Shown piece by piece: positions 50,843 to 60,932 of a stretch of 64,000 bases of DNA (position 1 is its first letter; the number at the start of each line of letters is the position of its first letter). Below the pieces are notes generated by a model. It had not been told where the DNA came from, made no database searches, and saw nothing but the letters and a program-made list of their open reading frames with translations. This DNA is from Rubripirellula sp. GTDB lineage: Bacteria > Planctomycetota > Planctomycetia > Pirellulales > Pirellulaceae. A program made the translations under genes and the position numbers. Location of the stretch: positions 1,111 through 65,110 of the forward strand of contig JAQWPZ010000208.1 in assembly GCA_029245125.1 (NCBI GenBank), written 5' to 3'.

Positions 50843-51463
50843 ATGTCAACGACCGAATTGGTTGTCGCCTCAAAGCGAGGCAACAACGAAGCGTTAGGCA
50901 GGTTGCTTGAGCAATACCACGGGTATCTGCTGATGCTATCGCACCGATACTTGTCCGAGCGATTACGGCGGCGTGTCGACCCTGCCGATATTGTGCAATT
51001 GACGTATCTCGAAGCAAAACGAGACTTACCGGCTTTTCGTGGCGAAACACCGGCGGAATTTGCTGGCTGGTTGCGAGGCATGTTGAAAAACAACGTCGCG
51101 ACCGCAGTGACGCGGCATGTGACGACGAAGAAGAGGTCCCTCAAACGCGAGGTCGATGCGTCGCCAGGGCGGCAAGGAAACGACTCGGGCGGAGGTGGGT
51201 GGATCCAACAGCTTCCCGGCAGCACCACCAGCCCCAGCGGCGTGGCCATTCGAGCAGAAGCCGTGATGGCGTTATTGGCCGCCCTCCATCAACTTCCCGA
51301 AACCCAAGCAGAAGCAATTCGATTGCGGTACATGGAAGGCTTATCACTGTCCGACATTGTGGACCGGATGGGAAAAAGTGACACGGCCGTAGCCGGTCTT
51401 CTCAAACGGGGCCTGCAAAAGCTGCGCAGCCTCCTCAATGACCAAGATTGTCCGTGGATTTAA
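50843..51463 (+). CDS. ECF sigma factor, planctomycete kinase-associated type
   Basis: ALGRLLEQYHGYL, RRRVDPADIVQ, AFRGET, GWLRGML, TTSPS, AIRLRYMEGLS, IVDRMGKS, LLKRGL. Start set at ATG 50843. Confidence 0.92.
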   Translation: MSTTELVVASKRGNNEALGRLLEQYHGYLLMLSHRYLSERLRRRVDPADIVQLTYLEAKRDLPAFRGETPAEFAGWLRGMLKNNVATAVTRHVTTKKRSLKREVDASPGRQGNDSGGGGWIQQLPGSTTSPSGVAIRAEAVMALLAALHQLPETQAEAIRLRYMEGLSLSDIVDRMGKSDTAVAGLLKRGLQKLRSLLNDQDCPWI

Positions 51464-51743
51464 TATCTTACTGCTGGAATTAGACTAGCCGCTTACACTC
51501 CAGACCCGATCTGCCCAACACCTGAAGCCTCCACAGCATTGACAAGAATGCAAGCATTTTTTCTCTCCGATGCTGCCGGCAGAAAATCCGGGATTCGAGT
51601 ACGACTTCTGCGCCTAAGTTGGGAAGATTCCCGACCTAATAATTGGCTCTCCTTGGTATCCTTGTATCGAACCTCACGCAACTGAGGAATTTTCCGCACT
51701 GGTGTTTGGGAAGCTCGCCCACCAGCAACGGCCCAATTCCCTC

Positions 51744-51769
51744 GACTCCAGGCTTTGACTCCAGGCTTA
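51744..51769. repeat. 13-bp tandem duplication (GACTCCAGGCTTT/A) abutting the kinase start codon
   Basis: Direct reading: 51744-51756 and 51757-51769; ATG at 51770. Confidence 0.8.
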
Positions 51770-53965
51770 ATGTCCGAATCTCCGCAAACCAACGATCCGC
51801 TTGACGAGGCATTTGCCGCTTACTTGCGATCCTGTGACGCAGGCGAAATTCGAAGCCGTGAGGATTTCTTGGCCCAGTTCCCTGAGCTGGCTGGTGAACT
51901 CAAGCAATTGATGGAAGCCGCCGACATGCTCGGCACCTTCACCGAACAGAAGACGGCCAGCCATGTCATCGATCCAGAAGGGAATCCATCCGACACGATC
52001 GCCACCAATGCGATAGATCACTCAGATCCTGACTTTGATCCCGAAGTCACCCTGCCCATCGCTACTCGTCAGAAGGGCGACCCAGGCCCAACACTCCCCT
52101 ACGATCTTGGTGGAAACTACCTGCTGCAAGAAGAACTCGGACGTGGCGGCATGGGGGTTGTCTACCTTGCCAAGCAACGGGAACTTGATCGTTTTGTTGC
52201 CGTCAAGATGATTCGCAGCGGTATGTTGGCCGGCAACAATGAAGTACGACGGTTCTACATCGAAGCCCAAGCAACGGCGCGACTGAGCCACCCAGGAATC
52301 GTCGGCATCCACCATTTCGGTCAACACGAAGGCCATCATTTCTTCTCGATGGAGTACATCGAGGGCACCGACCTGCAGCGTAAGATCAATACGGAAACGC
52401 TTTCACCAAAACAAGCGGCCCGCTACGTTCGAGATGTGGCGCGGGCCATCCATCATGCCCACCAAAAAGGGGTTTTGCACCGAGACCTCAAGCCTGCCAA
52501 TGTTCTAATTGATGAACAAGATTGTGTTCGCGTTACCGACTTCGGTCTGGCCAAACACATCGATACTGAGAGCAGTGTTACCGGTAGCGGTGCGGCGGTC
52601 GGCACACCGCACTACATGGCCCCCGAACAAGCCAGCGGGCACAGCGAACGCGTCTGCCGTCAAAGCGATGTCTATTCACTCGGCTCGATTCTTTTTGCTT
52701 CGGTTACCGGTCGCCCACCCATCATGGCCGACACGGTCATGCAAACACTGGTTCAAGTGATTCATGATCCGGCACCCTCCGTTCGATCAATCGGGACAGA
52801 GATCCCGGCCGACTTAGAAACGATCATCGCCAAGTGCTTGGAAAAACCGGTTGGTAAACGCTACAAATCGGCTGAAGCCTTGGCCGATGAACTCGACGCG
52901 TTTCTCGAGGGCCGCCCCATCAAAGCCAGACCTCGCTCCCGTATTGTCAAAGCATGGCACTGGATAGAAGGTGTCCCCTTGGTCGCGGGCTTGATGGGTC
53001 ATCGGATCTTACACGCATCCCCAGCACATCGCCGTTTCCAAAATGCGATGCTGTTGCTGATCCTACTGTTGACGCCCATCCTGATCGCTGGCGCCTTCAC
53101 GTTCTATCACTTCTACCGAAACGCCATTCCCGGCACGGTTCGTATCTACGGTGGCCCCGAGGGGGGGGAATACAACGACATCAGTGTCGAGATCGGCAAC
53201 CGAATTGCGAGAGCTCACGGTGTCGAAGACGATTTCTCGCGATCCAACGGCTCTTGGGCGAATCACAACGCCATTGTTGCTGGCGAAGTTGACTTAGCAC
53301 CAATGCAAGCGACCTCGATTCGTGGTGATGAACTTGGCGTAGTCGCGCCACTTTTTTACGAACTGCTGTATGTCTTGGCCCGGGAAGACTCTGACATTCA
53401 AACGATGCAGGACCTGAAGAATTGCCGGATCGCAATCGGTCCTCCCCAAAGTGGGTCCTACGCGACGGCAATGTTAGTTCTCAAATCACTTAACCTGCTC
53501 GAATCCAATCAACTTGAAGAGGGCGAGTGGGAACCACTCGCTGAACGCAAGACGCAATTGCCTGATGCAGCAATGATATGCATCGCCAGAAATAGCGATT
53601 TGATCGCCAAATTTCGGAACAGTGGTCGCTGGAGAATCATACCGATTCGAAACGGCGCCAAAATTTCTGATCGACATCCAACGCTCCGATCACAAGAAAT
53701 TCAAACGAGCGAATTTTTCGACGAGTCTCCAACGACGGCAAGCATTCCAACCATTGGAACAACCGCTTTCTTAGTCAGCTCTAAAGGTGCGTCATCCAAG
53801 TTGGTGCGAGCCTCACTCGAGGCTCTGTATTCCGATCCACCGCTTCGAGAAGATCTCATCTCGAAATCACTGGCTATCGAATTACTCGGCTTCGTCGCCT
53901 TCCACCCGGAAGCGCAACGCTACTTCACCGAACTGCTGCAAGAAAATCGCAAGTCCGTCGAATAG
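51770..53965 (+). CDS. Transmembrane Hanks-type Ser/Thr kinase with a C-terminal TAXI/NMT1-like solute-binding domain
   Basis: LGRGGMGVVY, VAVKMI, HRDLKPANV, DFGLAK and GTPHYMAPEQ, then a TM helix. C-terminal GGPEGGEY...NGSWAN...GEVDLAPMQ...APLFYELLYVLAREDSDIQTMQDLK...IGPPQSGS resembles TAXI periplasmic binding proteins. Confidence 0.9.
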   Translation: MSESPQTNDPLDEAFAAYLRSCDAGEIRSREDFLAQFPELAGELKQLMEAADMLGTFTEQKTASHVIDPEGNPSDTIATNAIDHSDPDFDPEVTLPIATRQKGDPGPTLPYDLGGNYLLQEELGRGGMGVVYLAKQRELDRFVAVKMIRSGMLAGNNEVRRFYIEAQATARLSHPGIVGIHHFGQHEGHHFFSMEYIEGTDLQRKINTETLSPKQAARYVRDVARAIHHAHQKGVLHRDLKPANVLIDEQDCVRVTDFGLAKHIDTESSVTGSGAAVGTPHYMAPEQASGHSERVCRQSDVYSLGSILFASVTGRPPIMADTVMQTLVQVIHDPAPSVRSIGTEIPADLETIIAKCLEKPVGKRYKSAEALADELDAFLEGRPIKARPRSRIVKAWHWIEGVPLVAGLMGHRILHASPAHRRFQNAMLLLILLLTPILIAGAFTFYHFYRNAIPGTVRIYGGPEGGEYNDISVEIGNRIARAHGVEDDFSRSNGSWANHNAIVAGEVDLAPMQATSIRGDELGVVAPLFYELLYVLAREDSDIQTMQDLKNCRIAIGPPQSGSYATAMLVLKSLNLLESNQLEEGEWEPLAERKTQLPDAAMICIARNSDLIAKFRNSGRWRIIPIRNGAKISDRHPTLRSQEIQTSEFFDESPTTASIPTIGTTAFLVSSKGASSKLVRASLEALYSDPPLREDLISKSLAIELLGFVAFHPEAQRYFTELLQENRKSVE

Positions 53966-54158
53966 CGAATCACCAACACCAAAAAACGCTGCACGGCAGA
54001 CAATCTTGTCCGTCACAATCGTTTCAGTTGGTATGGAAGACAGAATTGACAAATCAACCGGCGATGCCGGCAATGTTCTGGAGTCGGATCCACCGTGAAG
54101 CACTCGGGGGAAACCTAGAGTGAGGAGGACATTCAAGTAGCTCTCCCGCGGACGGTCT

Positions 54159-56075
54159 ATGACGACTTCGTACCAACCGAACGCAGGCAAGCAGCAGACG
54201 GACCTGCAAACTGCTTCTCCAAATGCTCGGTCCCATCAAGAATCTCTACGGAGCAAAATTGTACTGTCTGTGGCGGGGATTTTCTTGCTGTTTGTCGCAA
54301 TCGATGAAGTAGTCCGGCAGTATTTAATTCAACCTGAAATCGATGCCTTCGTTGAATTCAAATCAGCACAAGATGCGAATCGAGTCTTGGCGGCCTTGGA
54401 CAGCGAATCGAATCACTTGAATGTGCTCACGACAACGTGGGCCAATCAAATTCAAGCAAACGATTCCGATGCGGCCTGGAATGCTGATTTCACGAAACAA
54501 TGCTCGCCTAAAAACGCCGACTGGATCGCAACCGTTTCTCCAACCGGGCAATGGCGATGGATCGCGAAAAACAGCGAATCCAAGGTGTCTGAGTCAGCGA
54601 TCCAGGCATTTCAATCGGTCTTAGAACCAAGCAGCGATCCTCGTCGAAGTGATCCTCGTCGAAGTGGCACTCACGGCATTGCGCCACTCGGACCAGATTC
54701 GCTCGCGTTGTTTTCTCTAGCCCCGCTTCAAAAGCTTGGCAACGAACGGGGATGGCTGCTACTCGTCGCCCGAAATCTCGATGACGACTTGCTTGATGCG
54801 GTTCGAAACCAAACACAGGTCGCCTTCACCCTGCAAACGCACGCATCAGGTGATCGAGAACCAACGAGAGAGCGAAAAGATAATTCCAAACGGATCGTCG
54901 AAATACCAATTATCGCTCCCGTCGAAAACCAAGCTGGAGCATTCACTCTCGAACTCCCGCGAGAGTTCGTCGCAGGTTCGCAACGCACCACGCGTTTCGC
55001 TCGCAGCGTTTTCATCCTTGGCTCCGTGCTGGCCTTTCTGGTTCTGCTGCACAGATTGCACAGCCTCGTGATTCGACCGCTTAACACGATCCGCACAAAC
55101 ACCAATCGGTTGCCCAAAACAGAATCCAATCGCGACCCTCTGATCCACAAGGGCAACGATGAAATCAACGATCTGGCCAGGGCATTTGATGCGATGGCCA
55201 ATCGCGTTGAAGAAACAGAAAAACAACTGCACGAGCGACCAGAGGAAAACAGTTGCATTCAAGTCGCAAGCTCCGTGATCCACAATGTTGGAAACGTTCA
55301 AACGAACGTCAACAGTTTGATCGAAGCAGCTTGTGAACGAACCCGTCAACTCCGCATCTCACCACTGAAAAAACTTGCCGAACGACTTCGTTCCGAAGAG
55401 CCTGATGTGGCAATGCTCGAAGCAACACCGGATTACTTGGAACACCTCGCGGGATCGTTGCAATCAGATCAACAGTCGATCAATGAACTTCTTTGCACAC
55501 TGAATGATAACGTCCGCCATATTCGTGATATTATTCACGCGCAACAGCAACACACCGAGCCATCCTTAGAGATCTGTTCGATACCGGTCCAGGATTTGAT
55601 TGAAGAAGCCGTCGCGTGCTGCCGTGCCCGATTAGAGGCCGATGCAGTCGAGATTTCAATCAGCGGACAGCTACAAGTAGAGATTCGCAGCGATCGCTCC
55701 CTCATGCTCCAAACAATGATCAATTTAATCGGCAACGCGCGAAACGCGTTACGATCCATCGATTCCTCCAGGCGTCAGTTGCAGATTGACGTCCGTTCTG
55801 AGGGCGATCGAATCGAAATCGATTTCCAGGACAATGGTTGTGGTATCAACCCTGAAATATTGGATCGTATTTTCGATTCAAAATTTACGACACGAGATAC
55901 CGGAACTGGTCTTGGACTGCACTTCTGCGCAGTCACATTGAAAAACCTGGGTGGATCAATACGAGCTTCGAGTGGCGGATTGAATCAAGGATCTGTTTTT
56001 ACGATCGAAGTGCCGACATCCCTCGACAACCTCGTCCACTCGCCGCAGACAATTGCCTCAGGAAAGACATCATGA
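54159..56075 (+). CDS. Membrane sensor histidine kinase (CHASE4-like, HAMP, HisKA, HATPase)
   Basis: Two TM helices flank a CHASE4-like periplasmic domain. HAMP (GNDEINDLARAFDAM); H-box VIHNVGN; NLIGNA, DNGCGI, GTGLGLH. Contains an in-frame 15-bp duplication (DPRRS x2, 54636-54665). Confidence 0.92.
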   Translation: MTTSYQPNAGKQQTDLQTASPNARSHQESLRSKIVLSVAGIFLLFVAIDEVVRQYLIQPEIDAFVEFKSAQDANRVLAALDSESNHLNVLTTTWANQIQANDSDAAWNADFTKQCSPKNADWIATVSPTGQWRWIAKNSESKVSESAIQAFQSVLEPSSDPRRSDPRRSGTHGIAPLGPDSLALFSLAPLQKLGNERGWLLLVARNLDDDLLDAVRNQTQVAFTLQTHASGDREPTRERKDNSKRIVEIPIIAPVENQAGAFTLELPREFVAGSQRTTRFARSVFILGSVLAFLVLLHRLHSLVIRPLNTIRTNTNRLPKTESNRDPLIHKGNDEINDLARAFDAMANRVEETEKQLHERPEENSCIQVASSVIHNVGNVQTNVNSLIEAACERTRQLRISPLKKLAERLRSEEPDVAMLEATPDYLEHLAGSLQSDQQSINELLCTLNDNVRHIRDIIHAQQQHTEPSLEICSIPVQDLIEEAVACCRARLEADAVEISISGQLQVEIRSDRSLMLQTMINLIGNARNALRSIDSSRRQLQIDVRSEGDRIEIDFQDNGCGINPEILDRIFDSKFTTRDTGTGLGLHFCAVTLKNLGGSIRASSGGLNQGSVFTIEVPTSLDNLVHSPQTIASGKTS

Positions 56076-58033
56076 CTTCGGATGCCGAGCCAAGACGAAT
56101 ACTCATTGTCGACGAACTTCAGGAGATCCACGATTCATTCAGCCGGATTTTTGCTGAGCAAAACGAGAACAAGGCAGTTCTCTTTGACTTCGAAACGAAG
56201 TTCCTCAATGCAGGAGAGGAGCAGAAACCGGTCTTTAAAGTCGGCGAAAAGACAATCGTCTATGAATTAGATCATGCCAAATCTGGCGAACAGGCATGTG
56301 ATTTGGTTCACCTGTCGATCCAAAACAATCGACCCTACAGTGTTGCTTTCGTTGACATGCATATGCCACCAGGCATGAATGGCACAGAAACAACAGAAAC
56401 CCTTTGGGGGATCGATCCGAACCTACATGTTGTCATCTGCACAGCCTACAGCGATCACGCGTGGGAACATGTGCTCGATCGGCTGGGACACAACGATCGA
56501 TTACTGCTTTTGAAAAAGCCCTTTGAATCAGACGAAGCAAAACAACTCGCGTTAGCTCTGAGCGAGAAACACCGAATCGCATCGATCCAAGAGCGAAAAG
56601 TTTTCGACCTGGGACGCGAAGTTGAACGCCGGCGTCGCGCGGAAGAAACGATGCGGGACATGGCTCACCGAGATGCGCTCACGCAACTACCCAACCGCCC
56701 CTACCTGATCGAAAAACTGACGCAAATCGTCCAGCGACAACATCAGGACAAGTCGCCCCAACATGCCGTTCTTTTCTTGGACCTTGATCACTTCAAAATG
56801 ATCAACGACAGTTTGGGACACGATGCAGGTGATGATCTATTAAATCAGGTCGCGACCAGGCTGAAAGAATGTGTCCGCGAACAGGACACAACTGGCCGGG
56901 CCAGCGAAGAGGGTGAAACAGTGCGATTAGGTGGCGACGAGTTCGTCGTACTACTCGAATTCCTGGAAGACTCTCAGGACGCGTTGACCGTCGCGCATCG
57001 AATTGTCAAGCGAATCTCTGAACCGTTTTCTCTCGCCGGACGCTTGGTCAACGTCGGCACCAGCGTTGGCATCGCCTATATCGACGATCGCGTCTCTGAT
57101 GCTCATGAAGCACTTCGCAATGCCGACACCGCTATGTACCGTGCCAAAAACTCGGGACGCGGCCAATTTGCTGTCTTCGATCAAACAATGCACGAGGACA
57201 TCGTTGCTCGACTTGAGTTAGAAAACCAATTACGCCGCGCGGTCGAAGCCAAAGATTTCCAACTGAACTACCAACCGATTGTTAACTTAAACACCGGAAC
57301 AGTGCAGGGTGTCGAGGTTCTAGTTCGCTGGACCGCTGACAGCGGACGAGTCGTCTCACCTGCTCAATTCATTCCATTGGTCGAAGATCTTGGACTCATT
57401 TCTCAACTTGGAGAATGGGTTTTGGAACAAGCGATGAATGAGATGACCGAGTTGATGAAAGAACACGGAATCGACGATGTGTATTTGGGTGTCAATGTAT
57501 CTCAACTGCAACTAAGCGACCCCTTCTTCCTTGATCATCTGGAGCGGATCATCCAGCGAACGGGCTTTGATCGCAGCATGCTCAAAATCGAGATGAACGA
57601 ATCTGGTAACGTGCGATCCGCAGAGCAAACTTTCCACACACTACTCGAGCTGCACGATTCAGGAGTTGGCATTCAGATTGATGACTTTGGGAAAGGGCAG
57701 TCATCATTGACATGCTTCCAAACCTACCCAATCGAAGCAGTAAAAATCGACCGAAGCTTCACTGCTTCGATCGCAACAGACCATAGCCATGCGGTGATTG
57801 CCCGCGCCATCGTTCAACTGGCCCACCACCTGAACGCCAAGATCGTTGCGGAAGGTGTTGAATCCGCCAACCAACTCGAATCACTACGAATGTGGGGCTG
57901 CGACGCAGCACAAGGATTCTTGTTCTCCCCACCGCTCACAAAAAAATCACTGGGGCGACTTCTGCAGGACCCACTCCAGAGTGAAGGCGTCCGAATGCTA
58001 CGCCGCGCTGCCCGCAATGCTTTTGTCATTTAG
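56072..58033 (+). CDS. REC-GGDEF-EAL diguanylate cyclase/phosphodiesterase
   Basis: REC with AFVDMHMPPG; DALTQLPNR, FLDLDHFKMINDSLGHDAGD, RLGGDEF; EAL domain with EVL, DDFGKG, KIDRSF and AEGVE. ATGA-coupled to the kinase. Confidence 0.95.
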   Translation: MTSDAEPRRILIVDELQEIHDSFSRIFAEQNENKAVLFDFETKFLNAGEEQKPVFKVGEKTIVYELDHAKSGEQACDLVHLSIQNNRPYSVAFVDMHMPPGMNGTETTETLWGIDPNLHVVICTAYSDHAWEHVLDRLGHNDRLLLLKKPFESDEAKQLALALSEKHRIASIQERKVFDLGREVERRRRAEETMRDMAHRDALTQLPNRPYLIEKLTQIVQRQHQDKSPQHAVLFLDLDHFKMINDSLGHDAGDDLLNQVATRLKECVREQDTTGRASEEGETVRLGGDEFVVLLEFLEDSQDALTVAHRIVKRISEPFSLAGRLVNVGTSVGIAYIDDRVSDAHEALRNADTAMYRAKNSGRGQFAVFDQTMHEDIVARLELENQLRRAVEAKDFQLNYQPIVNLNTGTVQGVEVLVRWTADSGRVVSPAQFIPLVEDLGLISQLGEWVLEQAMNEMTELMKEHGIDDVYLGVNVSQLQLSDPFFLDHLERIIQRTGFDRSMLKIEMNESGNVRSAEQTFHTLLELHDSGVGIQIDDFGKGQSSLTCFQTYPIEAVKIDRSFTASIATDHSHAVIARAIVQLAHHLNAKIVAEGVESANQLESLRMWGCDAAQGFLFSPPLTKKSLGRLLQDPLQSEGVRMLRRAARNAFVI

Positions 58034-58112
58034 GATTGCTCGCTCGGGAAGCAGCCTACAATTGGGCTGACGAGGGAGGTTGCTTCGATCTCCGAGCAGA
58101 CCGATCGCCAGA

Positions 58113-58158
58113 CAGGCAGATTTGCGTTGAGCAGGCAGATTTGCGCTGAGCAGGCAGA
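58113..58158. repeat. 19-bp tandem repeat x2.4 (CAGGCAGATTTGCGYTGAG)
   Basis: Direct reading, in the gap between convergent genes. Confidence 0.8.
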
Positions 58159-58236
58159 GCACGGCAAGAATCATTGGAGAGGCAGGCGAAAGCCAATTGC
58201 CTTGGCCGGCATAACGTGGGGTCAACCACAGATTGA

Positions 58237-60741
58237 TCAAAGAATCGCCAAGGGGTCTCTTCGCGCCTCTAGTGTGCCCCGCGTGACGCCAATTCGATTG
58301 TCAGCCTGCAATCGTCGCCAGACATCGCGGCCACTGACGCGACCAGCAAGCAAATCCCGGTAGGTACTGATCGTCGATCGAATCTGCGATGGGGTTTCGT
58401 TCAATAGTTCAATGCGACAAGCCGCGACTCGCAACTGAACCAAATCGGCCAACATCTCAGCTCCACTTTGGGCCGTCGCGTTGAAGAGTGTATTCCGACA
58501 CGCAACATCCGCAACTAATGGGTGCTCAGCACCAACCCGATCGCGCAACTGAACCACCTGGTTATCACAAGGACGCCCACAATTCGTTTTGTCTGTTCCA
58601 GGTGACATGACAGCACAGTAAACGCAATGCTCCATGTGGAACATCGGCATATGTTGATGGACGACCAATTCCATCCAGCCTGGCGGCAGCGATTCAAGTA
58701 GCTCGAGCAACTGTTGTCGATTCAAGTCATAGGAGGCTGTCACGCGTGTCGCGCCAAGTTCTCTAATCCACTCGGCAGATCGGTGATTGGCAACGTTCAA
58801 CGAAAAGTCAGCGACAAACGGCAACGCTTGAGTTTGGCAAAACTGAATTGCGGCTAAGTTGCGAGCCAACATCAGATCGGGCTGATGGCGAGCAATCACT
58901 TTCAACAAACCCATTTCACCCGGCTTCTGAATTCGCACAGATGCCAAGCCGATACGCTTCTCGTGACGTCGTGCAATTTCCACTGCTTCCGCGTACTGCC
59001 GAATGTCATGAAAATCGGCATAAACGACTTCCGCATCCGTACCGCAGACCGCTTCAACCTGAGCCAAGCTACGGCAGAGCACCGTCAACAAGACATCGGA
59101 CTGATGCTCCTGACCAACGATCGGTTTCAGCAGAGAACGAGCCTTTTCCAAGTGCAGATCCCGCTCGGGACCACGGTCACACTGGCTCAGCAATGCCTCC
59201 ACCAACTCCCGACGACATTGGTTCAACATCGCCATCGGAATCATCGGGTCACCCGCAAGATCCGCTTGCAATTCGTTCAGTTCAAACGGGGTACCACCCA
59301 GACGACCGAGCTTTTCACGAAGCAACTCCATGGTCGCTGGACGTTTGCGGGCCAGCGACAATGTCTCCGACGACTCGATAGAAACCGAACCTCCATTTTC
59401 GACGCATCCAGTCAGGCGGAGCGGTTCGCCAACCCTCGCCACGACTGACAAATTGAGTGCCTGACGTCGCACCGGATCACTCACGTCAAACGACTGTCGC
59501 AACCGGCGATTCAGCTGCGGGTCATCATTTTTGTAAACGCTGTCATCGATCTGCACGAGTGACCAATCAATGTCCTCACGTCCAAAAGTGATCCAGACAG
59601 TCTCGCGAGTGGTCACCTCACGACAATCGCGACCACGCTCATCGCAGATTTCGTAAACCCGTCCCCCTTGAGTCCCCTCGGCGCATTGAACGGCAAGACC
59701 GTCACCAAGTGCCACCGGTGCCGCCAAGGCAACCTGAATCTGCTGACGAGCTTGATTTATTTCGGCGACGGTACCCAATGGGATTCCATGCTTGGCTGAA
59801 TCCAACCCTTTGACCAGCCGTTTATGGTCATTGCCTTCTAGCCAACCGGGCGAGAAACCACGAGAAAAAGACAACTCCATCTCTCGTTTGGCTTCCTCCC
59901 CAACAGTGACTACACCTGTCGTGAGTGCTTCGTCGATCGCGTCCCGGTAACGACGCGTGATGTTGGCGACATACTCTGGTGTTTTTAACCGCCCCTCGAT
60001 CTTGAGAGATGCGACACCCGCTTGAATCAGTTCCGGAATCGATGCGTAACCAGCCAAGTCTTGGGGGCTCAACAAATATTGAACATTCCCCAAATCGCGA
60101 TCCTCGCCATCGCAGATCAATTCGTAAGGCAAGCGACACGCTTGAGCACATTGCCCACGATTGGCGCTGCGGCCGCCAAGCGACTCGCTTGTCAAACATT
60201 GCCCTGAATAGGCGACGCAGAGCGCTCCATGAATAAAGACTTCCAACGGCATGTCGGTCGCCGATGCTATCTTCGAAACCTCTTTAACCGACAGTTCCCG
60301 CGCTAGAACGACTCGTGACAAACCCAACTCGCGGGCGACCTCGATTGTTTCCGCACTGGTCAGGCTCATCTGCGTCGAAGCGTGAATTTCGAGCTCAGGA
60401 CAAAGCTCATGCACCAATCGAGCGACTCCGAAATCCTGTACCAAAACCGCATCCAACCCCGAACCGGCTATTTGGTGAACCACGTCGACCAACGCGTCCA
60501 TCTCGGAGGGAAAAACGAGCGTATTGAGCGTCGCATATCCGCGAACACCACGGCGTCGCAGCATCTGACAGAGTGCCGGCAAATCCTGGAGACCAAAATT
60601 CTTGGCTCGATGCCGGGCGTTGAAACCACAATCAAGACCAAAATAGATTGCGTCGGCGCCGTTTTCGATCGCGGCGCGAGCACACTCCCAATCGCCAGCG
60701 GGGGACAGGAGCTCAATCGAAGGGGATAGTTTCGTTGTCAT
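58237..60741 (-). CDS. rlhA: Long peptidase U32 family protein with DUF3656 (RlhA-like 23S rRNA hydroxylation protein)
   Basis: ELLSPAG, GADAIYFG, HASTQ, VVLARELS, HGALCVAYSGQC, RSANRGQCAQACR, SLKIEGR, and a second U32-like C-terminal repeat with Cys cluster. Start set at ATG 60741. Confidence 0.75.
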   Translation of the reverse strand: MTTKLSPSIELLSPAGDWECARAAIENGADAIYFGLDCGFNARHRAKNFGLQDLPALCQMLRRRGVRGYATLNTLVFPSEMDALVDVVHQIAGSGLDAVLVQDFGVARLVHELCPELEIHASTQMSLTSAETIEVARELGLSRVVLARELSVKEVSKIASATDMPLEVFIHGALCVAYSGQCLTSESLGGRSANRGQCAQACRLPYELICDGEDRDLGNVQYLLSPQDLAGYASIPELIQAGVASLKIEGRLKTPEYVANITRRYRDAIDEALTTGVVTVGEEAKREMELSFSRGFSPGWLEGNDHKRLVKGLDSAKHGIPLGTVAEINQARQQIQVALAAPVALGDGLAVQCAEGTQGGRVYEICDERGRDCREVTTRETVWITFGREDIDWSLVQIDDSVYKNDDPQLNRRLRQSFDVSDPVRRQALNLSVVARVGEPLRLTGCVENGGSVSIESSETLSLARKRPATMELLREKLGRLGGTPFELNELQADLAGDPMIPMAMLNQCRRELVEALLSQCDRGPERDLHLEKARSLLKPIVGQEHQSDVLLTVLCRSLAQVEAVCGTDAEVVYADFHDIRQYAEAVEIARRHEKRIGLASVRIQKPGEMGLLKVIARHQPDLMLARNLAAIQFCQTQALPFVADFSLNVANHRSAEWIRELGATRVTASYDLNRQQLLELLESLPPGWMELVVHQHMPMFHMEHCVYCAVMSPGTDKTNCGRPCDNQVVQLRDRVGAEHPLVADVACRNTLFNATAQSGAEMLADLVQLRVAACRIELLNETPSQIRSTISTYRDLLAGRVSGRDVWRRLQADNRIGVTRGTLEARRDPLAIL

Positions 60742-60932
60742 TCGAACAAGTATGACAAGCCTCAGGTAGCTTGCCACCGCCCACAAATAAGGGGCGGCAG
60801 CCAGCCTTGGCGAAGGACAAACCAGGGCTTGAGAAAACAAGAGTTCAACATCTTGCCATAAACGATCGCTGGTAACTTTGGAACCGAGTGGAGCGAGATT
60901 CAAATCGTTCCGCAAACCAACAGCGATCCCCG

